Counted from the stretch's first letter, positions 24,459-39,200 are shown. The stretch is 64,000 nucleotides of DNA from Mytilus edulis (GCF_963676685.1 NC_092344.1:120342001-120406000); one strand, 5' to 3'. Translations and numbers: made by a program. Notes: generated by a model not told the origin, from the sequence alone.

Positions 24459-26376
24459 TTATTTTGACACACAGTATTCTTGACTAGTTTCTATCTCCAT
24501 CAACTCATCTCTCACTTTAGTCAATGCTTTTCCAAGTAAATTTTGCCCTTTCCATGTTTTACAATCCCAAGCCAATGGGTTCTTTTCTTCGAGTCCAATA
24601 CCCCAGATTTTGTCCTGAGGACTAGCTTCGACAAGCATTTTAGGAAAAGTCTTTAGAATAGTCGTCTTAAGTTCTTTATTTTGTGAGAACTGAAATAAAG
24701 AATGGTTTGGATTAAACTGTTCCCCTGACATTCTTAAATAATCAATTTTGCTGCTTTTTTATAAAAGGAATTTACAAGGAAAGTACAAAAATCGTTCGTC
24801 ATCATGCATTCCTAATGAATTTTACTTAAATAAGCAAATTTTAAAAAGAAATGCAGTTTACTGATATTATTGAACCCTATCAGAAAAACACAAAAACAGA
24901 AAAATCTTAAAGAACGAATTCAACCAGTTCAGCATGGTTTTTCTTTTAAAAAAAATTGTTTGATGGTTATTTACTTTAGAAATATTACCTTTGCTTTATT
25001 TCCACGTTCAACAATTGCTGAACAGCTATCATCCCACAAGCTTTTGTCAAAATTTTCCACAAGTCGACCTAAATCCTTCTGTTTACGAGGATCAGAGGTA
25101 TTGAGTATTTTTTCTGCAGTCTGTTCATCCCCAAATAATACTAGAAAAGTTATAAAGCTACATATAATAAACTAAAACCTTGAATAATACTAGAAAAGTT
25201 ATAAAGCTACATATAATAAACTAAAACCTTGAATAATACTAGAAAAGTTATAAAGCTACATATAATAAACTAAAACCTTGAATAAGTGCTTCAAATACAT
25301 GTTGTTGTTAAAAAAAATCCGAGGTAACAGTAAATGTTCGTAGTAACATAGATAATTTAACTGTTACTCATATTCTAAAATAAAAAATAAAACAGGAGAT
25401 TAATTAATTAAACAGAGGGGAAATACCTCTACTTGGGAATTCTATTCATAAGTCTACACATGTATTTATCCTTCAACTGTGATCTACGATAAAAAGAACA
25501 ATTCTAACCTGCTTTGCTGTACATCATAAACTGTTCTGCACAGTTAAATTTGATCCCATCGACAGTGAAATCACTTGGATACCACTGACTGTAGGGAGAG
25601 TGTGATCTCCAAAAGAATTCATAAGCCTCGAACGCTTTTTGTCTCAATGCTGCATTCTCTTTGGGTTTTTTATTTGAATCACGAGTAGCTCCTTTACTTG
25701 CTTTTTGATCTCTTTTATTTTTTTCATCTGTTTTCACTTGTCCATTTTGATTTTGTTGCATATTTCTTTTGTCTCTCTGTTGGTTTTGGATATTGTTGTA
25801 AAAGTTGCCTTTGGCATCTTCAGGCTTTACATACTTTTTGTTTTTAGATTTTGCACCGGTACTTGCTTTATCGTCCTTGACGTCCACTTGTTGTTTGGAA
25901 AGAGTCTCTGTATTACAAGCTGCCTCAATATTTTGTTTATGTTTATCGTCCGTGTCATTATTTGATTTAGCACTTATAAAACTTAGTTGTGTTGCATCTC
26001 CTTTAGCACTATTTAAGCTGAAGTCCTTTATATTTTTATTTTCTACATCAACTGGTTCGATATCGTTCATACCTTTATTCCCACTAGCCCCCTCTGTAAC
26101 CTTATTTAGAGCAGACGTCTGATCTTTATCGGCAACTGACTTTGTGTTGTCCCCACTTTTGTTTGAATTATTGGATTTGTTCACATTATTCATCATATCC
26201 TCCTTTTCGTTAGTGCTTTCAGCACATGCACCCTCTTTAGTATTAGATGCTTGACTTTTCTCGCCAGTTACGTGACAGTCTGTGTTATATACTTGTGCAC
26301 CTATCTCAGTATTAACATGATTTGATTGACTGCTGATATTAAAGTCATTGTTTTCTTTCTGTTTTGTAGAATTCAT
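24459..26376 (-). CDS. NADAR paralog D, ~416 aa; exons 26376-25509, 25140-24989, 24689-24459
   Basis: FFWRSHSPYSQWY..CAEQFMMYSKA|VLFGDEQTA..DPRKQKDLGRLVENFD..GNKAK|FSQN..EASPQDKIWGIGL..WKGQNLLGKALTKVRDEL; GT/AG junctions; 152-nt middle exon. Confidence 0.9.
25134..25285. repeat. 49-bp perfect triplication including the acceptor of NADAR D's 152-nt exon
   Basis: aataatactagaaaagttataaagctacatataataaactaaaaccttg x3. Confidence 0.95.
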
Positions 26377-27789
26377 TGGGATCTTGTCGGCATTAACTTC
26401 AGGCTCCTTATTATCCTTCTTTCTTACATCTTAGTTTGTCGATTCTTTACGCACGGAAATAGTCAGCTTGACTTCAGCCTTTACTTAAAAAAAATCTGTA
26501 AAACTTAAATTATTTTATTAATATGTATAGTTATTTTAAAATATGAAGTATATACGTTAAATAATTGATATGTTTCAACGTGTCCCTAGGGACCGCTCTT
26601 TTAAAAGACAATTAATTGCGTAATATTTGTTTGGGCCGAGATTTAATGAATTTTAATATATTATGCAACTTATAACTGTTAATTCTGTATTTGATGACTG
26701 GAAGACATAATCACAGGTAAATGTGTAAATAAATAAACATGATAAATGCGATTAAGTTATTCAAGTTAAATCATTCGTACGATAAATTTCTAATCAAATA
26801 CTGTTTTATTTACAAGTCACTAAATGATCATTTAAATAAACTTACAGAATAAGTAAAATACCAACTGATCTCTTCCACATAAAAAAATGTATTTCACAAG
26901 CGACAGAAACAAATTGAAAGTTGTTTGGCAACGCCCACTCAAAACACTAAATATAATTATAAAATCGGATCGGATCAAGCCCTCATGATCCGTGAAATTA
27001 ATAAAACACATGCTTTGGCATTCAAAAAGCTTGAAGTGATTTTATGAATTTGTACATCCCTGGCTCAAAAATGTTTCCTGGTCCTGAACCTAAGGTCAAA
27101 ATATTGACACAACTTGTCTCATGGTACTATCAATGTCATCGTAATCTGGTGCTCCAAGTTCTCCTAGTATATCTCGCGGTACTTTGGTTTACTTTATTGA
27201 GGCACAGGTTCGGGATTCATGGCTTCCTAGATCTCGAAATCGCCCTGCACTTTCTAATCATTCTATAATATGTGCTGTTCTTTCGTAGGTCTATTTTGTT
27301 GTTGGTGCCAGTAGTGTTTTCGTATCTGTCTGGATGCTCAAAATAAGAAGATGTGATGTGATTGCCAAAGAGAAACTGAACTCTACACTAGAGATTAAAT
27401 GGCACCGCAATTAACAATTATTGTTCCAGTACGACCTGCAACAACGAGAAAAGCCCATACCACAGAGTCAGCTATAGATGGCCTGGAAATGACAAATGTG
27501 AAATAATTCAAACGAGTAACTAACGGCCTAATCATTGTACAAAATAATGAACAAAAAACCATTATGTTACACAGCAACAAACGACAATTTTTAATTTTTT
27601 TTTCATAGTTCTGATATTATTGTTTTTGTTTCGGGATTCAGGTACTAAGTTGCATTGGAGAATCCAGAGGGGACCCATCCGCCCTCCCCCTTTCGTGGGA
27701 AAAAATTTGGTTGATTATATAGAGAACCACTGACGCATGACTGGAGCCCCCCTTTTTAGGTCAGTCAGCCCCCCCCCCCCCCCCTTATG

Positions 27790-30270
27790 AAAAGTTCTGG
27801 ATCCGCCACTGAGTTGGGCAACCTTACCAACAACAGGTGCCAGCTCCTTTTTGTCTATCGGTTTCACTTATGCTTCATCTACTGTGACATTTCAATTTTT
27901 GGTGAAATTCTGCCTGTGATTCTAACATCTGTCATAGTTATATCATTGTATTGGTCACTTTATGTTGAGGCCTCCTTTGTAGCATCTTATGACAACTGGT
28001 TCGCTATCTCGCTTCTGGCTATATTGGAATGACCTGGACTCAAGATTAGGATGTTGATATGTCGTGTCCCCATATAATCATTAATGTATGTATTGGTGTC
28101 GATGTAATTAGAAGATTTCCATTTGAGTGTCATGATGCCAACAGCTGTCAGCTGGCTATCAGAAAATATGTTCACTGAGTTTTGACAATGCAATGGTCAA
28201 ATATCGTGAAGATAGCTACCAGGTCAGCAATAATGTTGAACCTCTACTGGTCACTGGTCTTCTTATGCTGGTTCCTTGTCTGTTTCCAGTATATATATAT
28301 AAACTGCTCCTTCTCCATATGGTCCCGAGTAATCCAGACAACAGCAACCTGTAAATGCTAGCACAGTTGAGTTAGAGCAAGTATAATGCCACGAACCACT
28401 TATTTTCTTTGAATCGTATGTTCTGTTCTTTCATTCTTTGAGCTTTCATATCTGCTGTAGTAACGGGGGCTCTCATCATCATAAGATCTGCATCAGCTTT
28501 GTAAATATAAATAAGAAGCTGTGGTATGATTGCCAATGGGACTCCACAAGAGACCAAGTGACTCATAAATTAACAACTATTGGTCACCGTACGGCCTTCA
28601 ACAATGAGCAAGTTCATACCGCATAGTCAGCTAAACACTGCAAGTAAACTCTAGCTACACAAGTTTAAAGTCCACTTTTGTTCCTTTAAACATGTCGATG
28701 GCTTGATTTATGTCCATGCCACATGGAGAATTTTGCTGTTCGTACGTTTCATTGTTGTTTATATATTCTTTAATCTGTTGTTTAATTGGCTCGACTATGT
28801 TTTTGTAAAGATTTTTTGCTAATTTTCGAACTGACATATTGTGTCAATAGGTTATATATTGGCCTCTACTACCATTGCTTCTATACCTGATGTTCCTGGT
28901 AGTCCTATGCAAACTGGTGGGCCTTTTCTTTGGATCAGTAGCTCCAAGTTTTTAAAATATTTTCAGTTGATGTGACCTGCGAAACTAGATTAGTGTTAGA
29001 TGCATGATTTTGTGTATTAGTTGTTAGTGGCTTTTAACTTGCTGTCAGTAACTGCGAGTGTACTCTCACAACAGTACTAATGTCTCTTTGTTGTTGGGAT
29101 ATACAAGTACGCGGCCACGTCCACTCTTTGTTTTGCTAAATAGATTTCTATTTGCATTCATCCTTCATCAACTGATTTTTATAGTTCGTTCTTATGTTAT
29201 GCTGTTACATCACTGTCCCAGGTTAGGGTGAGGGTTGGGATTCCGCTTACATGTTTAACCCTGTCACATTCTGTCTGAATGCGGTGCCTGTCCCAAGTCA
29301 GGAGCATGTAATTTAGTGGTTGTCGTTTGTTGATGTGTAACATATTTGTTTTTCGTTCATTTTTTGTACATAAATTAGGCCTTATTTTATTTCTCGTTTG
29401 AATCGTTTTAAATTTGTCCTTTCGGAGCCTTTTATAGCCGACTATGCGGTATGGGCTTTGCTCATTGTTGAATGTCGTATTGTGACCTATAGTGGTTAAT
29501 ATCTGTGTCATTTGGTCCCTTGTGGAGAGTTGACTCATTGGCAGTAATACCACATCTTTTTATATGGATATTCGAGAATGGACTGCATCATACAGAGGAG
29601 TACTTTTGCTTGATATTTTCCGTCTCTTTTATTTTATTACCCTGATTACTTTTCTGGCGTTATTGGTTCTTTCGTACTTAATTGGTGCGCATGTCTAACG
29701 TTTATTTTTTCATCCATTGTTACACCGAGTAGTTTGAGTAAAGGGTTGTTTTTAGATGTGAAATAACTGACATTTAGTGTTTCTATGCCATATCAATGTT
29801 TACATGTTTACATTTATTCTCCATTTTAGCCCATTTTAAGATTATATCAACAGTGTCTGCAGTCTTTTCTGTAACTTAACTGATATATTGTCTTTCGTTC
29901 CATATTATGCCATCGTCTGCAAACTTGAAGATTTGTCCGTTGGTGTTGTTTCTTGATGTCTGCTAAAAATATGTTCAATAGCCTGTGTGAGGATACTGAT
30001 CCTTGTGGTAAGCCAAGTTTAGTCTAAAATTGATCCTCGTGAATTCATTTACATGTAATATACAACCTTCTTGGTTTCAATCAATCCTCGATATTGTTCT
30101 AGATTTTTTTACATATTAAAGCAGATTTTTTTAGATATTAAAGCAGTCTAACTAGTTAAGTTAGGAAAGATCTTCATATCTTTCATTCTAGAATTACTCT
30201 TTCCAACAGCTTGCATAGTATGCATGTTAGGCTGGTTGGTTTATGGAAAGTTTAAAATGTTGAATAGTAA
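27790..30270 (-). mobile_element. Decayed LINE with RT and RNase H remnants (I-group-like), interrupted by other repeats
   Basis: Minus strand: LGLPQGSV and FKFADDG at ~29910-30020; RNase H-like IFSDSQ and PGHSNIARSEIANQL at ~27990-28175; many disablements. Confidence 0.65.
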
Positions 30271-32711
30271 CTACTTTTTCGGCATAAATTGTTTTGAGAA
30301 ATTTTAACATCTGGAATTTATCCTTTCAGTTGGTATTTTTCTTTTTTTTAAATACGATTTTCATCATTAAATCCATTGCTGATTTTTTTTTTTTTTTGAG
30401 CGACCATGATGAAGGTAAAGCCAGAAAGCGCTTCCAATGAACTCAATTTATAGAATATTTTTTCCTTGAAATTGTCTGTGGGCGTTCCAAATAAATACTT
30501 ATGGTAAACAACAAACGTTTACACTTGCAAATCTGCCATTAAACTCATTTATATATTAAACAGGTAAGGTGATAAAATATCTCCTTGACACACACCATTA
30601 AAAAAAATAAAAAAAATACCGAACTTCCAAGAAAATTCAAATCGGAAAGTTACTTCAAAGTCAAATGACAATATTAAATGCTCAAACAATATACAACGAA
30701 TGTAAAAACAACTGTCACATTCCTGACTTGACAGGCATTCCCTAGGTGGAAAATAGTGGATGCAACCTGGTTTTAATAACTATAGTAAGGACTTTAATTT
30801 AAATAAAGGTCGTAAAATATCATCATTGACGCACACCACAGCTATTAAGAAAAAAATAAAACAACAAACCTATCGAGATCCAAGGAAACTACAACTAGGA
30901 AAGTCCCCTATCAAATGGCAAAAAAAACAAAATCTCAAACACATCAAACGAATGGAAAACAACTTTTATATTCCTGACTTGGTATAAGCATTTACGTATA
31001 ACATTGTGGATTAAACTTGGTTGTATAGCTCCATATAAACCTTAAACGTTTCACTTGTATGATAGTCGCATAAAATTTCGTTATATTGAAAACAATGTGT
31101 GAATAAAACAAAGATATGATAGTTGAAAATGGCAGGATGTACAAGTACCGAGCCACGTCATTAAGATATTACCAAAAATGGAGTAATAGTATCCGTTTGA
31201 ATTCGGATTAACAACAAAAGATAATAAGGCCTGTTAGATGGGGAGACATTTTGCCTTGCAGATTTTTTGTTATTTTTCTTAAACGTGTAGACACACTTCC
31301 TGCACATCATGTATCAGATAAATTCAATTAGGACTTGGATGTGTATTATTTATCCATCATGTATGTTCATATTTACCAGAAACTTTATTCTATATATTTA
31401 TTTCGCTATGAAATTATAAAATTACCATACTAGTTCCACGTGCATGCAAAACTCGAAAAATCTGAAAGATCACACAGGTTTGTACTATTGCCCCTTATTA
31501 AGACAACATCATCAGTAAAATTCTGAGTTATGATTTGACAATGAAAAATTATTTTATGTGCTCATCTGTTTGACAGTTTGAATGTTTTGTGTGCTACTGA
31601 GTTTTGTAAATGGAAAGTCGTGGGCTAGATTTTGGTGTGAATTGTTGAATGAAGAAGAGTACTTGAGACCTCTTTTCTTGATTTCTCATTTCTCTTCTGT
31701 GTTATCTGAGGTCAATTGTTGTTTTTAACAATCAACGTTATTGCAACATTAACCATTATTACCTCATACATTAAGTAAAAAGAAATACATACTGTAACCA
31801 TTATATTTATTATGAATACTGTAAACATAATAAAGAAGGGATAACTATATAATTTATACGACGCATTTAAAAAAAAAAGATAATTTACACATTATAATCT
31901 TAAAAACAGCAAATTGATCACAGAGAGAAAAGTAAAAGAAATGCTGACAGTAAAATAACAATGGTACATAGTAAACAATATCTGGTAAATAATATATTTA
32001 TAATAAAAATTTATAAACTTCCTAAATATAAAGATAAATAATATACGTATTACTAAAATTCTTTGCATGATAAAATAAATAAACTAAGAAACAAATATGT
32101 ATTGCATGCCTGGTGACTTTTGGAGGTGACTGTAAATATAGTCAATAAACTCCTCATAGACATCCTGTTTAAAGTTACCTCAATAAATGACGAGATTGTC
32201 AATTAATGTTGATGTTAAATGTATACTTTAATACACTATATATTACAGTGTTTTACTTGTCAAGCGTGTGAGACCCTGCTGGGGAGTCATATGTTTTACT
32301 TGGCCTCAGAGAATGAAAATTATAAAATTAGGAGATCGGGTATGACTGCCTATAAGACTATCGTGTAACTCAAACTACTCAAATTCATTCATTCGTTATG
32401 GACGAAACAATGAGAAGAATTCCGTACTGCATTGTTAACTAGTTAAGGAGGTTCCTAGAAACAATTTTAAAAGAGAAACGATCTACTTGGTGTATCCTAA
32501 TTACAACAAATGACAGGAGAAATATAAGGCAAACAGCAGGCTATGACAACCGCTGAATAACATGCTCATATTTATGGACACGCTTAAATTTTAGAAAATT
32601 TGGCATGCATAAAAATTTTATAAAATGATTTTATTAACCCAGTTTTCTGAAATTGTAATTTTGGCAGTTTGAATGTTTGATCACAAAAATGGGTTTCTGT
32701 TCAATTTTTTT

Positions 32712-35700
32712 TTACATGTGTGTTATTTCTGATACTTTAGAAATGTCGACTGCATTTGGATTCGAATTGTCTGTATTATCGGCCTCTGGGATATTCATTT
32801 CAAGAGTTTGGCTATCCCCGGTACTTGTTTTGTCTATCTCACTAGTATCTGCCTCTGAGATAATAGATTCAGGCGTTTGGCTATCCCCGGTAATTGTTTT
32901 GGTTGTATCACTATTATCTGGATTCTCAACTGTTGTGTCTTCCATGTTTGTCTTATTTTCAACACTTGATGTACCATGAATATCAACAGGAAGAGCTTCT
33001 GGATTTGTGGTAAATTCTACTGTTTTATTGTCATCAACTAAATTACTATTTTCCTCTGATTCATCAGCTATATCCGTTATATCTTTTTCTATGGTATTGC
33101 CGCTCTTAATCGTTGTGTTTGGATATTCTTCACTTCGATTCTCCCCTTTCTTTTTTTCTTCTTTCAATTCATCTCTCACTTTGGTCAATGCTTTTCCAAG
33201 TAAATTTTGCCCTCTCCATGTTTTACAATCCCATGCCATAGGGTCATCTTCTTCAAGTCCAATTCCCCAAATTACGTCATATGGACTGGCTTCGACAAGA
33301 GTTTTGGGATAAGTGTCCAGGAGTATTCTTTTAAGGTTTTCATCTTGAGAAAACTTCAAAGAGAAATAGGATTAAGTAAATGAGAATTTTTAGAATATAC
33401 ATTTAGTCACTGTACTAAATGACTAGGCCGAAATTAAAAGCAAACGAATGTCATTCAGAGTTTTGTTTAAAGAATAGACCCTTTTGTGGCTTATAAACAT
33501 GAAAATTATCATTAATAAATACATTTACCAGTATTATATATATATGTTTTTCGATATTTCATATTAATTCCGGTAAATTTGACAACTTCCCTTCTTATGT
33601 TAACAGCTGCTAAATATGTGTCACGTGTCACTGAAGCTTTTTTAAAATATATTGTACCTTTGCTTTATTTCCACGTTCAACAATCGCTGAACAATTTGCT
33701 TCCCATAATTGTAGGTTGAAGTTTCTAACAAGCCTCCCAAATCTCTTTTGTTCTCGAGGGTCGGATTCTCTTAGCACATCATAAGCAATGTCTTCATCTT
33801 CAAAAAGCACTGTAAGATAGGATTAATTAAATAAAATAGTCTAGATCGGTGGGGGTTCTTTCAGAGATAAACATATTTATTATATTCGAAAAATAAGTTC
33901 ACCAGAGCAGACGTTTAAATTGTTTTTCAATATTCGGAATCAAAATAAAGTTTTACTTGCGTTTTTATTTACAAGATTTTTTTGATTATTATTAACTTCA
34001 GTGGTCAACCATAAAAGATTTGGGTTAAAAAAAATGCATATTAAGGAAACTAGTTTGTACGAATCGCTATTATATTACAGTCTTGATTTTTTATCGAAAA
34101 TAAATATGGGGATTGTGAAATACACCTTAAAGAATGTTATGTTTGGCATTTCAATAATCTGGTGTTTTGGCATAGTCTCTGTTTTAACATATTATTTGTT
34201 TTGGCTTGGAACTATTAAGCATGACATCTTGTGAAGACACCTGTTAATTTGATATCTAGATTCTTTTAAACCCAAAGGTGACTGGAAATAGAAGTAATGT
34301 CACTCTTGGTGTTCTTCCGACCGGCAGTAAAACCCTTCCCCAATTGGGCGTCTGTTTGGCTGTGTTGATGTACAAAGTCACAGTAACGTCCCGTCAGAAT
34401 GAGATGTTGAAACGATGCCTAATGTAAATAGAGTCGCACGCTCTCCGCACGTTACGCGCTCTTCATTTGCAACTCTGAAGGTTGCCTGTTGCAAGGCATA
34501 ATTGCTGGCCCTAACCAAAATACCCTCATTATCAAGTGGCAGTCTAAATTTCCCCGAACTTCATCCCGTACAGACTCTATTACAGGACCTACATATTATA
34601 TGTATTGTTTGTTTTTTTTAGTTCTGAACAGGCATAAATTATTTGCCACTGGGGGGGGAGGGGCTGAGGGGGTGTAGGCAAACAACCAGTCAACCATACA
34701 AAAAAAATATAATTCCCTTCCAAAATACCATATTTTATAGACAACAATAGATGAATATTTATATACGTCATACCTGATTAAAAAGTATACTTCTAAAATA
34801 TATTGCACATATGTAGATTTTAAGCTTGCCACAACGAGTCATATTTTGAGAGACCATAGTACATCAGCGATAGAAACTTCACACTTAAGCGAATACCATC
34901 GCAATTTAGCGTCATCATCGCACCTCCGAGTCGTACATATGGGACAATATCCCTAATGCGCCTTGAAATGAGGAACTCAAAAGTCACGTGTAAACAAAAA
35001 ATCTCTGTGCAGTGATATTTGACACATTTCTATGATAAACAAATGACTGAGCTGAACCATTTGTGTTAATTTAGAAAATAGGGGAACACAGAATAAATGT
35101 GTAAAAACTAGGGAGCTATTAAATGTGTTCAAAGTATTAAATTTTCAAAGAACTTATTGTGTTAAAAACAGGATTTTTTACCACCAGGAGCCGCATCACA
35201 AAATGATACTCGGGGTTTGCTAATTTACGGAAAAAGTAAGCTCACTTCGTACCCCGAAAATTTAACCACATATGTGAAAATGTCTCAGCTTCGAAACGAG
35301 CCATTATACATATCCAAGTTAACGATATGGACTGAGCAACAGAAGAAAACGTTACCATTACGGCCTATGGAGAAACTAATACGCATCTTGACCCATATAA
35401 ACATGATACGAAAAAAAATAATATACATGTACATGATATAATGTAGCTAGACTTACTTGCTTTGCTATGCATCATGTATTGCTCTGCAGAATTAAACGTG
35501 ATCCCATCGATTGTGAAGTCACATAAATGCCACTGACTGAAGGGAGAATGTGATTTCCAAAAGAATTCATATTGTTCTAAAGCCTTATTTTTTAACTCAA
35601 TTTCTTTTTCTGACAAATAATTGTAGTCGTCATTATAACTATCCAACATATTCTCTTTGAATCTGTTTTTTCTATTTAGTGTTGGTTTTTGTACATCTAC

Positions 35701-36288
35701 TTCGTGATTCACTGACAAGTCTTTGGCTTCTTCTGATAAATTCTTATCATCCATGGATTCAGTTTCACACTTGTCCGTTGATGAATTCTCTTTGAATCTA
35801 GTTTTTCTATCTATGGGCTTCTGTTCTTTGTTGTCGTCATCTGCATTCTGTTCCTTTGAGGAAAGTTCGGTTTGTTGGGTTTTATTCTGTTCATTTCCAT
35901 TTTGCGCGCTTTCTATAACCTCGTTATAGTTTTTATTGTCATGTAATCCTTGTGTGTCAGTGTGTAGATTCTCTGTCTCTCCAGGCTGTGTGGTGTTATT
36001 TAGGTTTAGTTGAGCCTCATCGCAAATAGCTTCGGTGTTATTCAACTTTTCTTGAGATGTATTAGCGATGGTATCGTACGGTTCGGTTTCCATCTTATTT
36101 TGCTCTGGTATATTTTCTGTAACACCAATGTTCGTGATTTCCGATATATTTTCAGTACCGACAACTTGCATGGTTTCTAACTTATTTTCTGGTCTTGGTA
36201 CATCAAATATCTCTGGTGCGGCTGCTTGTTCACATGTATCGGAATGTGCAACATCGTGGCCACTCGAATCTGCTTTACATTCGGACAT
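32712..36288 (-). CDS. NADAR paralog E, ~541 aa; exons 36288-35457, 33809-33658, 33353-32712
   Basis: FFWKSHSPFSQWH..SAEQYMMHSKA|MLFEDEDIA..DPREQKRFGRLVRNF..GNKAK|FSQD..EASPYDVIWGIGL..WRGQNLLGKALTKVRDEL plus acidic tail; GT/AG junctions; 152-nt middle exon. Confidence 0.9.
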
Positions 36289-39200
36289 ATTTTAGATGGT
36301 TTTTTTAGTAGATTATGAGATGTTAAAATCCTATATTCACTGAAAGAAGAAATCAAGCATAATTTCATTTGATATCTTATCTAGTTGACGTCAATTTTTA
36401 AATAATTATAATTGATCTTAAAACATAAAATACCAACAACACTAGCACACTGTGTAACTATAACAGGATTAAAATTACGATAGATATTAAATGAGCATAG
36501 AGCATGACTTAATTGGATTTAAATAGGAATATTTAGAACTTGTAAACTGCGGAAAGCACCCATATTGTGATAAGCACACATGTTCAAGGAATGTCACTGT
36601 TTCGTCATTCAAGAATGAATTAAAACATGAACACTTACTTTAAGAATGATTTATATATAGTATTTACTAGCGTGCGAGACCAACAATAACGTTGTTCAAA
36701 ATTTGAAACTTTAATGTAACCTAATGCACGTGCACTCCATATTTTAGTGGAATTAGAATATGGCTTTGATAACAAAGCTAAAAAAAAAGTCTCATTTTAG
36801 AATGACATCTGAAACTGTATATCGCTTATTTATAAAAAGCCAAGCTCTAAATCGTCCTAAATCTAGTAAAGTTGTGAATAAAGCATACCTGAAATACGTC
36901 TCTTGGGGGCTATAAAAGTGTGTAAGGCCAACGGAGACCTCCACTATATAATGATAAAGATGGTCTCCAGAATGAATATGGATATCCATTTGATAATACA
37001 TATATATCTACTTTTGAGGATAAGCCTTGACATTTGCATTCAACTCATTGTCTATGAAGAGTATTTAATAAGAATATGATTAATCACATTTTTTATTATA
37101 GTTAATTTAAACCTATAAGGAAGTATATTTATGATCTGGACTCAAACAATTCCAATATATATATAGCTGCCAATTTTACTTCTTTCTGACATTCCAAAGT
37201 TTAAATTCAGAATTAAGTTCAAATACAAGGACAGAACAGACAAAATCCAGTAAACAAATTAAAGATGTTTGGTTAGATGATTCCTGTAACGTTGACCACT
37301 ATATTTTGTTCAATATTATAAGGGACAAATGAGAGTGAGTGGCCCAGCGATCAGCCTACTTGTAACCATGAAATTTTATGAAATCTATTGAATTATATTC
37401 ATCAATTATACATTTTAAAGGTCCGCTTACCAAAGAACTGTTTTCCAATAAAACAAACTTTATACCAACTTGTGTTTTCTTTCTGTGAAAAGTGGATTTT
37501 CTGAAAACGAAAGTTGAACTGATAAACAAAAACTACAGTTAATTTTAGAATCCAGTCGGAAAACCCCGAAATATTTCCGTGCATTTTTCATTTGAGTTAT
37601 TTTATATAGAATAAAATAGTTATTATAAGCGTTGTTATATCGTTGTTGTTGGTGTTGTTGTTTTGTTGGTCCATTTACACGCGTAACGCGGGTATGTTTA
37701 TTCCAATCTTTACATGTGAGAGTGTCTCGATGGGAGTCCCTCATTTCTTTATTTTTTTGTAACATTTATCTCTTGTCTAGTGATTTTGTCAATTTTTGTC
37801 TAATATTTTTATTTTAGAACCAATTTATTCATTATTTTATTTTGCCCTTTATTTTGTACGTTTTGTCCACTATTCTCAATTCCTTTGGGTTTTTTTTCAC
37901 GGTCCTTCCGACGTTTTGTTCAATATTCCTTATTTATATTATGTAAACTATGTCCGTTTCCTCGTGTATAGATAACAGCAAACAATAAACAAAAGGTCTT
38001 CATTAATACATAAATACACTTGAAAAGGATCCAGGCTCCAACAATGTCCATTTCACATCATCCGATCGAATTTTAATGTTCTTTCCTTTGCGATTTTACT
38101 CTTCTTGTATTCGCGGGTTTTGTTTTTTTTTGTGTGCTGCCTCTTAAAAATACTAGTTTACAACAAATTTATATTTCGAGATATCTTCGTTTACATGAAT
38201 TCTATCAACTATAGATTAACCATCTGAGGGAGAGACAGTTGATTATTGTATAGTAATGCCATCAACAATATCGATCCACAGACTTTATAATTTTGAAGGA
38301 TTTGTGTAAATGAGCTTATATTTTTAATACACCCTGACACATTTCTTACGCAATTTTAAACCTTGTCGTATTTTTTTCATACACGTGTATTTTAAAGTGT
38401 AGTTGTCGAAATATAAGTTATTTAATCAATACACGACAGTTCAATTGACAATGCATTATGACTGTATATGTATAAGTTGTATTTGTTGGTATTAGCCCGC
38501 AACCGAGTCCAACATTCAGCACTGAAAGATTTCGCTCAAACCAGAGCTATGTACTTTCTTAACTTAATTTGGGTTTGGAGTGTTTCCTTGATATCAATTT
38601 AGTCCGAGATAGCTACAGTGACGTCTGACTGCTGGGGCCTAAGGAAAATCCTTCCTACGTCAGAGGAACCTATTATATACATTTACTTAGGGCCTAAATG
38701 TGAGTTTGAGATGAAGAACAGCAATAAGGACACTTTTTTTTTAAAACTTACATTTTGTTTACTATAGTGTTAAAATAATGATGCGTTCGATAGAAGTTCG
38801 TTTTTTACAACTCTATACTCGCCATGCAGAGGCATATTTGAAACTATGAGCCAAGTTACAACTCCACTAACTGGTTAAACATATATACAGATTTTAAGTT
38901 CGAGTTTGACATATTTTGGGTGTGACATAACATGGACATGAGGCAGTTGCAGAAATCATGCGCTATACATGTCTCACAGTCGATGTTACACGAACAGTAC
39001 ATTCAGTGGGTTTGATTGTATTACTCATTGTATTACTGCATGTGTGCACCGTTTCCTGCAGTCTGACAATTATTGTTGGTTTCTTGTGGATCGCAGATTT
39101 TATTTTTTTACCGGAATGAACCATCATTTCTCAAGTATGCTTATTTCATTTGTTTCATATATGGTTCACGAATTTGATTGTATTAACAACGAGAACTATC

